A DNA stretch of 64,000 nt. It comes from Spirochaetales bacterium Spiro_12 (GTDB lineage Bacteria; Spirochaetota; Spirochaetia; Treponematales; Rectinemataceae). Shown one piece after another: positions 17,984 to 29,829 of this stretch; the stretch's first letter is position 1, and every line of letters starts with the position of its first letter. Made by a program: the position numbers and the translations under genes. The stretch is from contig LVBN01000080.1 in NCBI GenBank assembly GCA_001603165.1, positions 181-64,180 on the forward strand. The letters are read 5' to 3'. The notes beneath the pieces are model-generated. The model did not search any database and was not told the DNA's origin. It was given only the letters and a program-made list of their open reading frames with translations.

Positions 17984-19300
17984 ATGCCAGAGAAAAAAAA
18001 CTATTTATGGGATGAACCCGATCCTCCGGGCCCTTCGGCTGCCTCCCCTTCGGAACCTTTGAGCGTGAGCGCCCTCACCGGCCTCATAAAGGGAACCCTG
18101 GAAGATTTTTATTCCTCCGTCGCAGTCCAGGGGGAGGTGTCCAACGCGAAGCTCTCCAGCTCCGGCCACCTCTACTTTTCTCTCAAGGACAGGGAGGCGC
18201 TCATACAGGCGGTCATGTTCAAGTACCGGCTCTCCTTCCTGGGCTTCGAAATAAGGGATGGTATGAAGCTGATCGTCTCGGGCGGGGTCTCGGTGTACGC
18301 CGCGAGGGGTCAGTACCAGCTCATAGCCCAGGGCGCGCGGCTGGCCGGCGCCGGGGATATTCTGGCCATGCTGGAAGAGCGGAAGCGGAGGCTTGCCGCC
18401 GAGGGGCTCTTCGACGAGGAGAGGAAAAAGCCGCTTCCTCGCTTTCCTTCCCGGGTTGCTCTGGTCACCAGCCCCTCGGGCGCCGCGGTACGGGATATCA
18501 TCCATGTGTTGGGAAGACGCAATGCCGGCGTGGACCTCATCATTTTGCCCTGCCCTGTCCAGGGCGAGGGAGCGGCGGACATGATCGCCGCCAGGATCAG
18601 GCAGGCCAACGCGCTTTCCATTGCGGACGTGCTGATCGTCGGCCGCGGCGGAGGCTCCCTGGAAGATCTCCTGGCCTTTTCCGACGAAGCGGTCGTGCGG
18701 GCGATCGCCGAATCGGAAATTCCGGTGATCAGCGCGGTGGGCCACGAAATCGACTGGGCGATCTCGGACTACGCGGCGGATCTGCGGGCGGCGACGCCCT
18801 CCGCCGCGGCCGAGCTCGTGGCGGAAAGCAGGGCGACCTTATTGAGCGAGGTACGCCAGTTCGAGCTGGCCCTGGAGTCCTCTATCAGGGCCAGGCTGGA
18901 CCGCGCCGAAGCCGCCCTGGACTCCTTCGCCCTGGAAGACGTGGAGGCCCGGTTCATGCGTCTTTTTTTACCTGTGGCACGCAGATTGGACGATGCGCGG
19001 GAGGCTGTGGTCCTCGGCATCGGGCATAGGCTGAAGGATCTGGCGCACCGCCGGGCGCTGGCGGAGAACGCCCTCGAACTCACAAGCCCCCTGGCGGTGC
19101 TGAATCGCGGCTATTCGATCACACGAAGGCTGGGTCGCGACAAGGCGGACGAAACGGGCGCGACTAACCAGGGCTCCTGGCGCCTGGAAGGCTGGGGATC
19201 GATAGTACGGAACGCGTCGGAGCTGGAGAAGGCCGATTATCTGCAAATAATCTTCGCCTCCGGTTCGGCTAAGGTAGAGGTTGAAGAGGTGGAAAGATGA
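17984..19300 (+). CDS. xseA: Exodeoxyribonuclease VII large subunit
   Basis: OB-fold N-terminus (VAVQGEVSN..SGHLYFSLKD), VTSPSGAAVRD, GRGGGSLEDL motifs. Confidence 0.93.
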   Translation: MPEKKNYLWDEPDPPGPSAASPSEPLSVSALTGLIKGTLEDFYSSVAVQGEVSNAKLSSSGHLYFSLKDREALIQAVMFKYRLSFLGFEIRDGMKLIVSGGVSVYAARGQYQLIAQGARLAGAGDILAMLEERKRRLAAEGLFDEERKKPLPRFPSRVALVTSPSGAAVRDIIHVLGRRNAGVDLIILPCPVQGEGAADMIAARIRQANALSIADVLIVGRGGGSLEDLLAFSDEAVVRAIAESEIPVISAVGHEIDWAISDYAADLRAATPSAAAELVAESRATLLSEVRQFELALESSIRARLDRAEAALDSFALEDVEARFMRLFLPVARRLDDAREAVVLGIGHRLKDLAHRRALAENALELTSPLAVLNRGYSITRRLGRDKADETGATNQGSWRLEGWGSIVRNASELEKADYLQIIFASGSAKVEVEEVER

Positions 19301-19530
19301 AAGATTTCGAATCGAGATTAGAACGGTTAGAAGATCTGGCCGAAAAAATCCGCCAGCCCGAACTCCCCCTGGAAGAAGCGGTGAAGGTCTTCGAGGAGGG
19401 GGTGAGGCTGGCCAAGACCCTTAAGAAGGAGCTGGAAAAAATTCAAGCGAAGGTCGAAATTCTCACCAGCGACCCCGATACAAACGCTAATGCGTCCAGC
19501 CTCCCCTTCAATCCGGGGGAGGAGAACTAG
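19297..19530 (+). CDS. xseB: Exodeoxyribonuclease VII small subunit
   Basis: 77 aa. FESRLERLEDLAEKI..LPLEEAVKVFEEGVRLAK helical hairpin signature. ATGA-coupled to xseA. Confidence 0.9.
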   Translation: MKDFESRLERLEDLAEKIRQPELPLEEAVKVFEEGVRLAKTLKKELEKIQAKVEILTSDPDTNANASSLPFNPGEEN

Positions 19531-21539
19531 GATATTTCAACCCCTGGCCCGGCTTGGGTCTGATCATTACTTTCCAGCAGGGGAAGCACGGCTCTATCGC
19601 TGTCGGCCAAATCCAGGTTTTTCAAATCCTCGGGATGCAGCCAGGCGATCATGCTGTGCTCCCGGAGTTCAAGAATACAGTCCTTCGACAACTCCACCAG
19701 CCAGGCTGCCAAAAGCCTTTTCCCCGAAGGACTGACGAAAGAAGCTGTTCCAAGACAATGCTTCGGCTCCGACCGTACCCCGAATTCCTCTTCGAATTCC
19801 CTGCGCAAAGCCTCCTCGTCCCCTTCCCCGGGTTCCACCTTGCCGCCGGGGAACTCCCAGCGCAGGCCGATGGCGCCTCCCTCCTTCCGTTTTGCCACGA
19901 GAATTTTCCCGTTCTGGATAACGATGCCAGCGATGGAGCGCCTCATTTCCGCGCGCCCTCCCTGGAATCGATCCCGTGCACCAGCATGGCGCAGGACTCG
20001 ACCAGCTGGGAGGCGTCGAACCAGCGCGCCGCCGTGGGCTATTACGGCGGCGCAGGCCGCCTCCTCCATAGACCTTTCCAGCGCCCGGCGGGAGAACCGC
20101 GCCGTAGCTCCGACCTTCCTCGACCGGGCGATTTTTCTCGCCAGAAGCCCCGCGAAAAGGCCTGCGAGTACGTCCCCCGAACCCGCCACGCCGAGCTCCG
20201 GCGTCATGCCTTCCCAGACAAAGCGGGTATTTCCGCCCTGTATCCAGCTTATGTGGCTCTTCGCCAGGACAAGCATATCCAGCTTCTTCGCCAGAGCTCC
20301 GATGGATTCGGAGAAAGGTTCTTCCTCCGGCGGACCGAAAGATTTCAATAGTTCCTTATACTCCCCCGGATGGGGCGTCAAGGCGCAGGGACTGCGGATC
20401 GAAGCGCGAAGTCCAGGCTGTTTCGCAAGTATCTGGATAGCGTCGGCGTCGAGGATCAGAGCTCGTTCCGAGGCCGAGCCTAGAGCCTTCAGGAGGGGTA
20501 TCCGCCCCTCCCCGATCCCCCATCCCGGGCCGGCCAATATCACATCGCATTCCGGGATCTCCGCTTCGGCGCCCAAAGGGCGAAGTATAAACGATTCGCC
20601 CGAGCAGGCCAAAAGAGGATAAAGCCCCTTGTCCACATACAGATAGATATAGCCGGCCCCCGCGGCTATGGCCGCCTTGGCGCAGAGAAGGGCCGCGCCG
20701 GCCGCCCCCAGGGACCCGGCGAATATGGCCACCCTTCCCCTGCTCATCTTGTATGATTCGGGGGAAATCGGCTCCAGCAGGCTTTCCAGGTCATCCTCCT
20801 CCAGCAGAAAGCTCGATCCGGCCTCGGCTATCAGGTCTCGGGGAAAAACATCGCCCACGCTCAAAATGCTACCGCAACCGGTTCGCGCCGAGGGCGAGAG
20901 GCAGATTTCCTTGATCGGCTCGAGGCAAAGGCATAGGTCGGCCTTTATGGCGGGCATATCCTTGGTCCAGCCGTCGCCTAGGCCCGAGGGGAGGTCTATG
21001 GACACTACCAAGGGCTGGTTTTCTCCCTCCGGCGCCGCTCTTTCCGATCCTTCCGCCGTCCCCATGAATTCCAGCATCTTCAGGGCTTCGCCTCGGGCCG
21101 CGCCTCTCACGCCGCTGCCCAGAATCCCGTCCAGGACAATGTCGGCTTCAGCGTAGAGACAGGCTTTTTCCTCTTCGCCGAGCGAGCCCCATTCCGGGCA
21201 GGGTATTCCGGCGGATAGGAGAAAGCCCCTTTGCGCCTGCGCGGAGGGACTCAAGGGCTGGGAGGATACTATCGCCTTGAGATTTCCGAAGCCCGCCGAC
21301 CGGGCGTGGCGGAGCATTGCCAAGGCGTCGCCCCCGTTATCGCCCTTGCCGCAGAGGGCGAGGATAGCCAGGTTCTTGCCTTTGGCCCGGAGTTCCGCCG
21401 AGTTGTCTATATACAGCGACAAGCGATCCCACAGGCGCAGCGAAGCTTTTTCCATGAGCAGGAGGGGGTCGAGCCCGAACAGCTTCCGCGTCGACGCGTC
21501 GAGGTCCTGGGACTCCGCGCAGGACAATAATCGTTTCAT
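19527..21539 (-). CDS. nnr: Bifunctional NAD(P)H-hydrate epimerase/ADP-dependent dehydratase (Nnr) continuing in frame into a MutT-type Nudix hydrolase domain
   Basis: YjeF_N part (LLLMEKASLRLW, CGKGDNGGDA), dehydratase part (GSGDVLAGLFAGLLAR), then Nudix box GGKVEPGEGDEEALRREFEEEFGV. ATG 21539 has an AAGGTGG SD; GTG 21551 is the ORF-track start. See the finding on the junction at about 19944-20036. Confidence 0.85.
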   Translation of the reverse strand: MKRLLSCAESQDLDASTRKLFGLDPLLLMEKASLRLWDRLSLYIDNSAELRAKGKNLAILALCGKGDNGGDALAMLRHARSAGFGNLKAIVSSQPLSPSAQAQRGFLLSAGIPCPEWGSLGEEEKACLYAEADIVLDGILGSGVRGAARGEALKMLEFMGTAEGSERAAPEGENQPLVVSIDLPSGLGDGWTKDMPAIKADLCLCLEPIKEICLSPSARTGCGSILSVGDVFPRDLIAEAGSSFLLEEDDLESLLEPISPESYKMSRGRVAIFAGSLGAAGAALLCAKAAIAAGAGYIYLYVDKGLYPLLACSGESFILRPLGAEAEIPECDVILAGPGWGIGEGRIPLLKALGSASERALILDADAIQILAKQPGLRASIRSPCALTPHPGEYKELLKSFGPPEEEPFSESIGALAKKLDMLVLAKSHISWIQGGNTRFVWEGMTPELGVAGSGDVLAGLFAGLLARKIARSRKVGATARFSRRALERSMEEAACAAVIAHGGALVRRLPAGRVLRHAGARDRFQGGRAEMRRSIAGIVIQNGKILVAKRKEGGAIGLRWEFPGGKVEPGEGDEEALRREFEEEFGVRSEPKHCLGTASFVSPSGKRLLAAWLVELSKDCILELREHSMIAWLHPEDLKNLDLADSDRAVLPLLESNDQTQAGPGVEIS

Positions 21540-21606
21540 GGGAGGTACCACCTTTTCCCCAGGCTTGCCCCATTATACCAGAACAGGCTGAGCGGTCCAA
21601 TTGAAA

Positions 21607-22875
21607 TCAAAACGGAAGTTCCCACCATAGAATTTTCGCTTCATCCCTTCCCAGCAGGATGCCGTAGAGTTGGGCCGTGGACGACACGCGCAGCGACTTG
21701 AGGAGCCCCGCTCCGGCGGGGATTCGGATTTCGCAGGCGCCCAAGGCTTTCCCCGATGGGTCCACGAGGCGCAATGCCCTGCTTTCTTCTCCCCGGGATT
21801 GGCCCGAAGTTTTATCGCCCAACTTACCCCCCGGTTGCCGCTGGGGGGAGGACAAAAGAAAGTTGTCCCCGTGAACGCCCAAAAAGTCCCATTCCTCTTC
21901 CTCGCCGGCGTTTTCCGAAAGCTCGAGCTGGAAACCGAAATTCTGCGAACCAGTGGTTCCATCCATGGAGAAAATCCAGGAACCGGCATTTTCAAGACCG
22001 GTGTTTATCAAGGTCGCCGGATCGGAGGTTTCCCGATAATAGTTGAGCTTCAGGATTACGCTGAACCCTGAAGCGGTCTTCATGGGAATGAGATTTTCGA
22101 CGTCCGCCCGGATTTTTCCCGTCGAACCGGAGTTTTTGTTGGAATCCACGAGTTCCAAGGGGATGGGGAGGGCGGCGGTATCGATACCGAAGCTGGAGAG
22201 AAGCCTGGCGTCGCTGGAATAGCGATAGACCGTATAGAACGAACCGGAAGTGGAAACCACGACGATGCTGTCGTCGCTCAGACAGTCAGTGCGCAGAATT
22301 CTTGGAAAGGCGGAACCGCGACTGCCCTCCCTGCCCAGATAGGGCAGTTCCCGGCCATTTTCTCCGAAGCGGCGAATTATCCAGCCATCGTAGCTGCCTG
22401 TCAGAGGGTCGAAAGCGCCAGAATCCTGATCGTCGAGCCTATCGGCCAGGTATATTTTTTGAGCCGAATCGACGCTAAGCCGGGAAGGAAGAAAAAAAAT
22501 CGTCCTGACGGCGTAACGGCCCTCGTTTAACAAAGTACCTGCGCCGGTCTCCTTGGCCGGGCGATCGTAAGTCATGCCGAAGGACGGCGAAGGAGTTGTT
22601 TCGGAATCGTATATGCTGGAGAGCAGATCTCCATAGGAGGATGTTCTGAGTATTTTTTTTAGAACCGGGTCGAGGATATGGAAGATTCCTTCCCTCATGT
22701 AGACTTCCACCTCCCCCGCCCTCCCTTCCGGCAAGCCGAGCATTCGATCCTGCAGACCATAGTCGAGGCTGAATAAAAACTTTGGCTGGATAATCTGGCT
22801 ATTCCTGGGTACGGGACCACAGGCCGACAGGCCGAACAGGGTCAATACGAGAACAAACAGGCTCAGAGGCTTCAT
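21607..22875 (-). CDS. Lipoprotein of unknown function
   Basis: Start trimmed to ATG 22875 (MKPLSLFVLVLTLFGLSAC signal peptide plus lipobox). About 400-aa mature part rich in beta-strand-like segments. No family recognised. Confidence 0.7.
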   Translation of the reverse strand: MKPLSLFVLVLTLFGLSACGPVPRNSQIIQPKFLFSLDYGLQDRMLGLPEGRAGEVEVYMREGIFHILDPVLKKILRTSSYGDLLSSIYDSETTPSPSFGMTYDRPAKETGAGTLLNEGRYAVRTIFFLPSRLSVDSAQKIYLADRLDDQDSGAFDPLTGSYDGWIIRRFGENGRELPYLGREGSRGSAFPRILRTDCLSDDSIVVVSTSGSFYTVYRYSSDARLLSSFGIDTAALPIPLELVDSNKNSGSTGKIRADVENLIPMKTASGFSVILKLNYYRETSDPATLINTGLENAGSWIFSMDGTTGSQNFGFQLELSENAGEEEEWDFLGVHGDNFLLSSPQRQPGGKLGDKTSGQSRGEESRALRLVDPSGKALGACEIRIPAGAGLLKSLRVSSTAQLYGILLGRDEAKILWWELPF

Positions 22876-22887
22876 CGCTGGCTCATC

Positions 22888-22914
22888 CTTATACTTCAAG
22901 GCTCCGGCTGTCAA
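22888..22914 (-). promoter_or_regulatory. Candidate promoter of the lipoprotein gene
   Basis: Minus strand TTGACA(22914-22909)-15 nt-TATAAG(22893-22888), then 12 nt to ATG 22875. The short spacer lowers confidence. Confidence 0.3.
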
Positions 22915-22919
22915 CTTCC

Positions 22920-22948
22920 TTGACCCTCGACCGAGGCGGAAGTATCCT
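22920..22948 (+). promoter_or_regulatory. Candidate leaderless-type promoter of secA
   Basis: TTGACC(22920-22925)-17 nt-TATCCT(22943-22948)-agattt-ATG(22955). No SD. Confidence 0.45.
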
Positions 22949-22954
22949 AGATTT

Positions 22955-25810
<2,856 letters not shown>

Positions 25811-25843
25811 AGCCCGGGGTCTCCCCTTGAGCGAAAACTGAGT

Positions 25844-27310
25844 ATGTCGCTCAATTACAAAGAGATAGACCTTGTTCTCTCCGAGCTTAAGCTCGAGGGC
25901 TCCAAGCTGCAGAAGGTGCTTCAACCAAGCTACGACAGTCTGGTTTTGGAATTCTACGGGCCCGGGGGACTGAAGGATGTCTTTATCGGTCTCGGAGCGG
26001 GGTCCTGCAGAATTCACGGTATATCCTCTCTTCCGGCTAAGAATGAACGACCCTTGCGCTTCATGGAGTGTCTGCGCTCCCATCTTAAGGGGGCGACGCT
26101 TTTATCGATTCGCCAGCTGGGCAGGGAACGAATCGTTCTGATGGATTTTTCCCTTTCCGGAGGCCGGAGTTATCGTTTGTACCTGCGTCTATGGAGCGGC
26201 GCCGCCAATATTATCCTCGCGGACGAGAATTCCACGATTATCGATGCGATGTATCGCAAGCCAACCCGGGGCGAAATTTCCGGGATGCCGTGCAAGATTG
26301 AGGAATCCCTGGGTGGCGCCGAAAAATCCTCCTCCGCTGAAAAGGCCGGCGATCTGGATAAGTTCCAGGTTCGGGATTTCGAGGGCGGAGATTCCTTTTC
26401 TGAGAAAATAGCCGCCTATTATTCCGCCAAGGGAGGAACCCTTTCCAGGGAAAGCCTGCTGGAAAAAGTCGAGGAACGGTACCGCCAGCAGCTCATTTTC
26501 CATGACGAACGGATCGGGGAAATAGAGGCGCTCATCGCCGAGGCCTCCCAAGGAGCCCGACTCAGGCAGATCGGCGATATTCTCATGGCGGGGTCCTTTA
26601 TTCCCAAACAAGGCGGGCAGTCGGGAAAAGATGCCTCCCGTTTCGTGGAAGCCCAGGATTTCTACACCGGCAGGACAGTTTCCATCCAGATCGACCCTGT
26701 TCTGGACCATATAGGAAACGCGACCACCTATTACGAAAAAGCCAGAAAGGCCGATTCGGGCCTGGAGGAACTTACCCGGGAGCGCGAGCGATTGGTATCC
26801 TCCCGCGAAGCCTTGTCGGCATGGAGGGGGCATCTTCTTGCCCAATCGGATCCCTTTGTCATAGCCAAGGCCTTGGAGCGGGGCGGCACGGTTCGGGAAA
26901 AGCCTAAAAAACCATATCCCTGCCTTTGGATCGAACGGAATGGCTGGACAATTCTCGTAGGGCGCTCGGCTAAGGAAAACGATGAACTACTGAGACGGCA
27001 TACCCGGGGCATGGACCTTTGGCTTCATGTGCGGGACTACTCCGGTTCCTATGTTTTTGTCAAAGCCCGGCGAGACAAGACTGTCCCCCTGGAGATTCTT
27101 CTCGATGCGGGAACGCTGGCGGTCTATTATTCCAAGGCGAGAAAAAATGCCGAGGCTAATGTATACTATACCCAGGTAAAATATCTGCGGCGGATCAAGG
27201 GAGAAACCAAGGGACTTGTCAGCCCCAGCATGGAAAAAAATCTTTTTATCCGCCTGGATGAAAAAAAATTGCGGGAAATACTGTCCGCATCATCGGGAGG
27301 TAATCAATGA
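25844..27310 (+). CDS. NFACT-family protein (RqcH/FbpA-like, short form)
   Basis: NFACT-N-like N-terminus (MSLNYKEIDLVLSELK...) and C-terminal NFACT-R/DUF814 block (GWTILVGRSAKENDELL..DLWLHVRDYSGSYVFVKA). At 488 aa it is shorter than Bacillus RqcH. Confidence 0.75.
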   Translation: MSLNYKEIDLVLSELKLEGSKLQKVLQPSYDSLVLEFYGPGGLKDVFIGLGAGSCRIHGISSLPAKNERPLRFMECLRSHLKGATLLSIRQLGRERIVLMDFSLSGGRSYRLYLRLWSGAANIILADENSTIIDAMYRKPTRGEISGMPCKIEESLGGAEKSSSAEKAGDLDKFQVRDFEGGDSFSEKIAAYYSAKGGTLSRESLLEKVEERYRQQLIFHDERIGEIEALIAEASQGARLRQIGDILMAGSFIPKQGGQSGKDASRFVEAQDFYTGRTVSIQIDPVLDHIGNATTYYEKARKADSGLEELTRERERLVSSREALSAWRGHLLAQSDPFVIAKALERGGTVREKPKKPYPCLWIERNGWTILVGRSAKENDELLRRHTRGMDLWLHVRDYSGSYVFVKARRDKTVPLEILLDAGTLAVYYSKARKNAEANVYYTQVKYLRRIKGETKGLVSPSMEKNLFIRLDEKKLREILSASSGGNQ

Positions 27311-28266
27311 AACGTAATCCAAGGATCCTACTATTCCTGCTGCTATCCATGTTTCTCTGTCTCGCAGCTCTGAATGCCCAAACCGTCGAAACCTATACGC
27401 TCTCCATTCTGAAGGGCCCCTCGGGCATGGCGGCGGCATGGATGGTGAAAAATCCGCCTTCGACGGCCCAGGCGCGGGTACAGTTCGTCCTGGCCGGCGG
27501 TGCCGATATAGTGACCGCGAAGCTAGTCTCCGGCGAAATTCATGGCGCCGTCCTGCCTTTGAACGTGGCCGTCAAACTTTACAATTCCGGGATCCCCCTC
27601 CGGGCGTTGGCCGTGGTCGGCAATGGCATGGTGAAATTCTTAAGCTCCGATCCCGGGATGAACTCCCTGGAAAGCGTCAGGGGAAGGGAAATCTTCGTCG
27701 CCGGCCAGAAGGCCACGCCGGATTATCTTTTTCGTTACTTGACGGGAAAAGCCGGACTGCGGGCCGGGACGGATTACATTCCCAGGTACAATCTCGCCTA
27801 TCCTGAGATGGCGGCCCAGTTGGCCGCGGGACGCATAGAGGCGGCGGTCATGCCCGAGCCCTTCGCGACCCAGGCAATGAGGCTCAATCCCAAGCTCAGA
27901 CAGGTTGTGGATCTGGACGAACTTTGGAGGCAGGCGAGCGGGCTCGATAGTTATCCCATGTCTCTTTTCGTGATGACGGAAACGATTCTCTCGTCGAAAA
28001 CCGGCATAGTCGAAGCCATAGACAAGGCTTACGGGGAATCGATAGAAAAAACAGTACGGGAGCCTTCCGAATCCGGGAAACTGATCGAGTCCCTCGATCT
28101 TGGCATGAAGGCGGTGGTGGCCGAGGCGGCCATACCCAGGTCGGCCTATGTCTATCGGCGGGCTTCCGAGCTTAAGCACAATATCGAAGCGATGCTCTCC
28201 CTGTTTCTCGACTTCGACCCGGCCTCGGTGGGCGGAAAGCTGCCGGACGGGAAATTCTACTATTAG
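27307..28266 (+). CDS. ABC transporter substrate-binding protein, NMT1/THI5-SsuA/TauA-like
   Basis: Signal peptide MKRNPRILLFLLLSMFLCLAALNA. Type-2 periplasmic binding-protein layout. ATGA overlap with the upstream gene. Followed by permease and ATPase genes. Confidence 0.75.
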   Translation: MKRNPRILLFLLLSMFLCLAALNAQTVETYTLSILKGPSGMAAAWMVKNPPSTAQARVQFVLAGGADIVTAKLVSGEIHGAVLPLNVAVKLYNSGIPLRALAVVGNGMVKFLSSDPGMNSLESVRGREIFVAGQKATPDYLFRYLTGKAGLRAGTDYIPRYNLAYPEMAAQLAAGRIEAAVMPEPFATQAMRLNPKLRQVVDLDELWRQASGLDSYPMSLFVMTETILSSKTGIVEAIDKAYGESIEKTVREPSESGKLIESLDLGMKAVVAEAAIPRSAYVYRRASELKHNIEAMLSLFLDFDPASVGGKLPDGKFYY

Positions 28267-28282
28267 GCGGGGATAGCGAAGA

Positions 28283-29104
28283 ATGCGACCCTCCGGGGAT
28301 TTAAGCGGCCCGGCGCCCGAAAAAGGCCGGCGACAACGACGGAACAGTCTCGCGAGAAAACTCTGCTTCGGCCTGCTTGGAATCTGCGCCGCCCTTCTCC
28401 TGTGGCGCCTCGCCGCGATCGCGATCGGGAGTTCCCTCATTCTTCCTCCTCCGGGCGAGGTCGCCGCGTCTTTTGCGAGGCTGTTCTCCGGCAATGATTT
28501 CTGGGCCGCTGTTTTGGGCAGCCTTCAAAGGGTTGTCACAGCTTTCCTCCTTTCCCTGCTGGCCGGGAGCCTCAGCGGCACCCTGGCGGCCCTAAGCCAA
28601 AACTTCAAATCGCTTTTAGCCCCGCTTCTCACCACTATTCGCGCCACCCCTGTCCTGGCGCTCATACTGATCGCCATGTTCTGGCTGCCCTCCTCGGGGG
28701 TTCCGGTATTCTCCGCCTTTCTCATGGCCTATCCGCTCATCCATAGCTCCGTATGCGCCGGCGTCGAGTCCGTGGATCCCGAACTGGTCCAGATGGCGAC
28801 GGTTTTCAAGGTTCCATCGAAGATGATCCTCTTGAAGTTGAGGCTTCCATCGGCCAGCCCCTATTTTTTGGCGGGAGCCAAAAGCGCCCTGGGTTTGAGC
28901 TGGAAGGTGGTCGTGGCCGGCGAACTCTTAAGCCAACCACGCTTCGCCCTCGGCACGGAAATGCAGGACGCCCGGCTCTCCCTGGATACGGCCTCGGTGC
29001 TCGCCTGGGCCGCCGCGACGATTTTTCTCTGCGGGATAAGCGAATTCCTCCTGGGTATCGCGGCTCGAAGACTCGAACGGGCAAGGATGGAGCCTTCCTC
29101 ATGA
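28283..29104 (+). CDS. ABC transporter permease (NitT/TauT-type BPD inner-membrane component)
   Basis: Six hydrophobic segments and an EAA-like loop (ATVFKVPSKMILLKLRLPSASPYFLAGAKSALGLSWKVVVAGE). Confidence 0.85.
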   Translation: MRPSGDLSGPAPEKGRRQRRNSLARKLCFGLLGICAALLLWRLAAIAIGSSLILPPPGEVAASFARLFSGNDFWAAVLGSLQRVVTAFLLSLLAGSLSGTLAALSQNFKSLLAPLLTTIRATPVLALILIAMFWLPSSGVPVFSAFLMAYPLIHSSVCAGVESVDPELVQMATVFKVPSKMILLKLRLPSASPYFLAGAKSALGLSWKVVVAGELLSQPRFALGTEMQDARLSLDTASVLAWAAATIFLCGISEFLLGIAARRLERARMEPSS

Positions 29105-29829
29105 GCCTTGCCACGGACCAACCACTGAAGGCGGAAGCGATATCGAAAAGCTTCGGCCCGCGTCAGGTACTCGCCGGAATAAGCGCCGACTTTCCCCGCT
29201 CCTCGGTAACCGCGATTCTCGGTCCTTCGGGCTGCGGAAAGACAAGCTTTCTCAATATTCTCGCCGGATTGATCCCCGCCGATTCGGGAAGATTGACCGG
29301 GTTTCCTAAGGCCAGTTTCTCCTACTCCTTCCAGGACCCCCGCCTTCTGTCCTGGCTCTCCTGCCTGGACAACGTACTCTTCGCCCTTTCCGGACTGGAG
29401 GATCGAAAAACCTGCGGGGAACGGGCCCTGCGGTTTATCGCGGCCGCCGGGCTCGAAGCATATTCGGCCTTCAAGCCGCCACAGCTCTCCGGGGGAATGC
29501 GCCGGAGGCTCTCCTTGGCCAGGGCTTTTTCCTATCCCTCAGACGTGCTCCTCCTGGACGAGGCCTTCGCTTCGGTGGATCTCAAGCTGCGAATCGAACT
29601 GATGGATTTGTTCTCCCTGCTCTGGAGGGAAGAGAAAAGAACGACGATCTTCGTCACCCACGACGTTCAAGACGCCTTATACCTCGCCGACAGGATCCTC
29701 GTATTTTCCTCCAGGCCGGCGCGACTCTTGGATGCACTGGGCATCGACACTCCCCGGGAAGACAGGAGCTACGGATCCAAGGCTTTTAGCGAGCTGGAGG
29801 AACTGTTATACCGAAAAATCCTTTCCTGA
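29101..29829 (+). CDS. ABC transporter ATP-binding protein
   Basis: ORF-track ORF 28753.. trimmed to ATG 29101 (ATGA overlap with the permease stop). Walker A GPSGCGKTS, signature LSGGMRRR, Walker B VLLLDEAF. Confidence 0.9.
   Translation: MSLATDQPLKAEAISKSFGPRQVLAGISADFPRSSVTAILGPSGCGKTSFLNILAGLIPADSGRLTGFPKASFSYSFQDPRLLSWLSCLDNVLFALSGLEDRKTCGERALRFIAAAGLEAYSAFKPPQLSGGMRRRLSLARAFSYPSDVLLLDEAFASVDLKLRIELMDLFSLLWREEKRTTIFVTHDVQDALYLADRILVFSSRPARLLDALGIDTPREDRSYGSKAFSELEELLYRKILS

Noticed and set aside
19944-20036. Programmed +1 ribosomal frameshift as the explanation for the Nnr/Nudix junction.
   Set aside because: No slippery heptamer, rare-codon pause or downstream structure is evident. 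A simple 1-nt indel in a G/C run, or a genuine fusion, is the more economical explanation; see the finding.
27200-27310. Looked for a TPP or other riboswitch ahead of the NMT1/THI5-like binding protein.
   Set aside because: The binding-protein ATG overlaps the stop of the preceding gene, so there is no non-coding space for a riboswitch.
28753-29100. Upstream extension of the ABC ATPase ORF.
   Set aside because: It overlaps the permease gene. ATG 29101 gives the normal distance to Walker A and an ATGA coupling with the permease stop.
29806-29829. 24-nt overlap of the convergent 3' ends of the ABC ATPase and hybrid kinase genes, and the CTAG shared-stop overlap of xseB and the Nudix ORF at 19527-19530.
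   Set aside because: Short convergent overlaps are common in compact genomes, and no associated structure or motif was seen.
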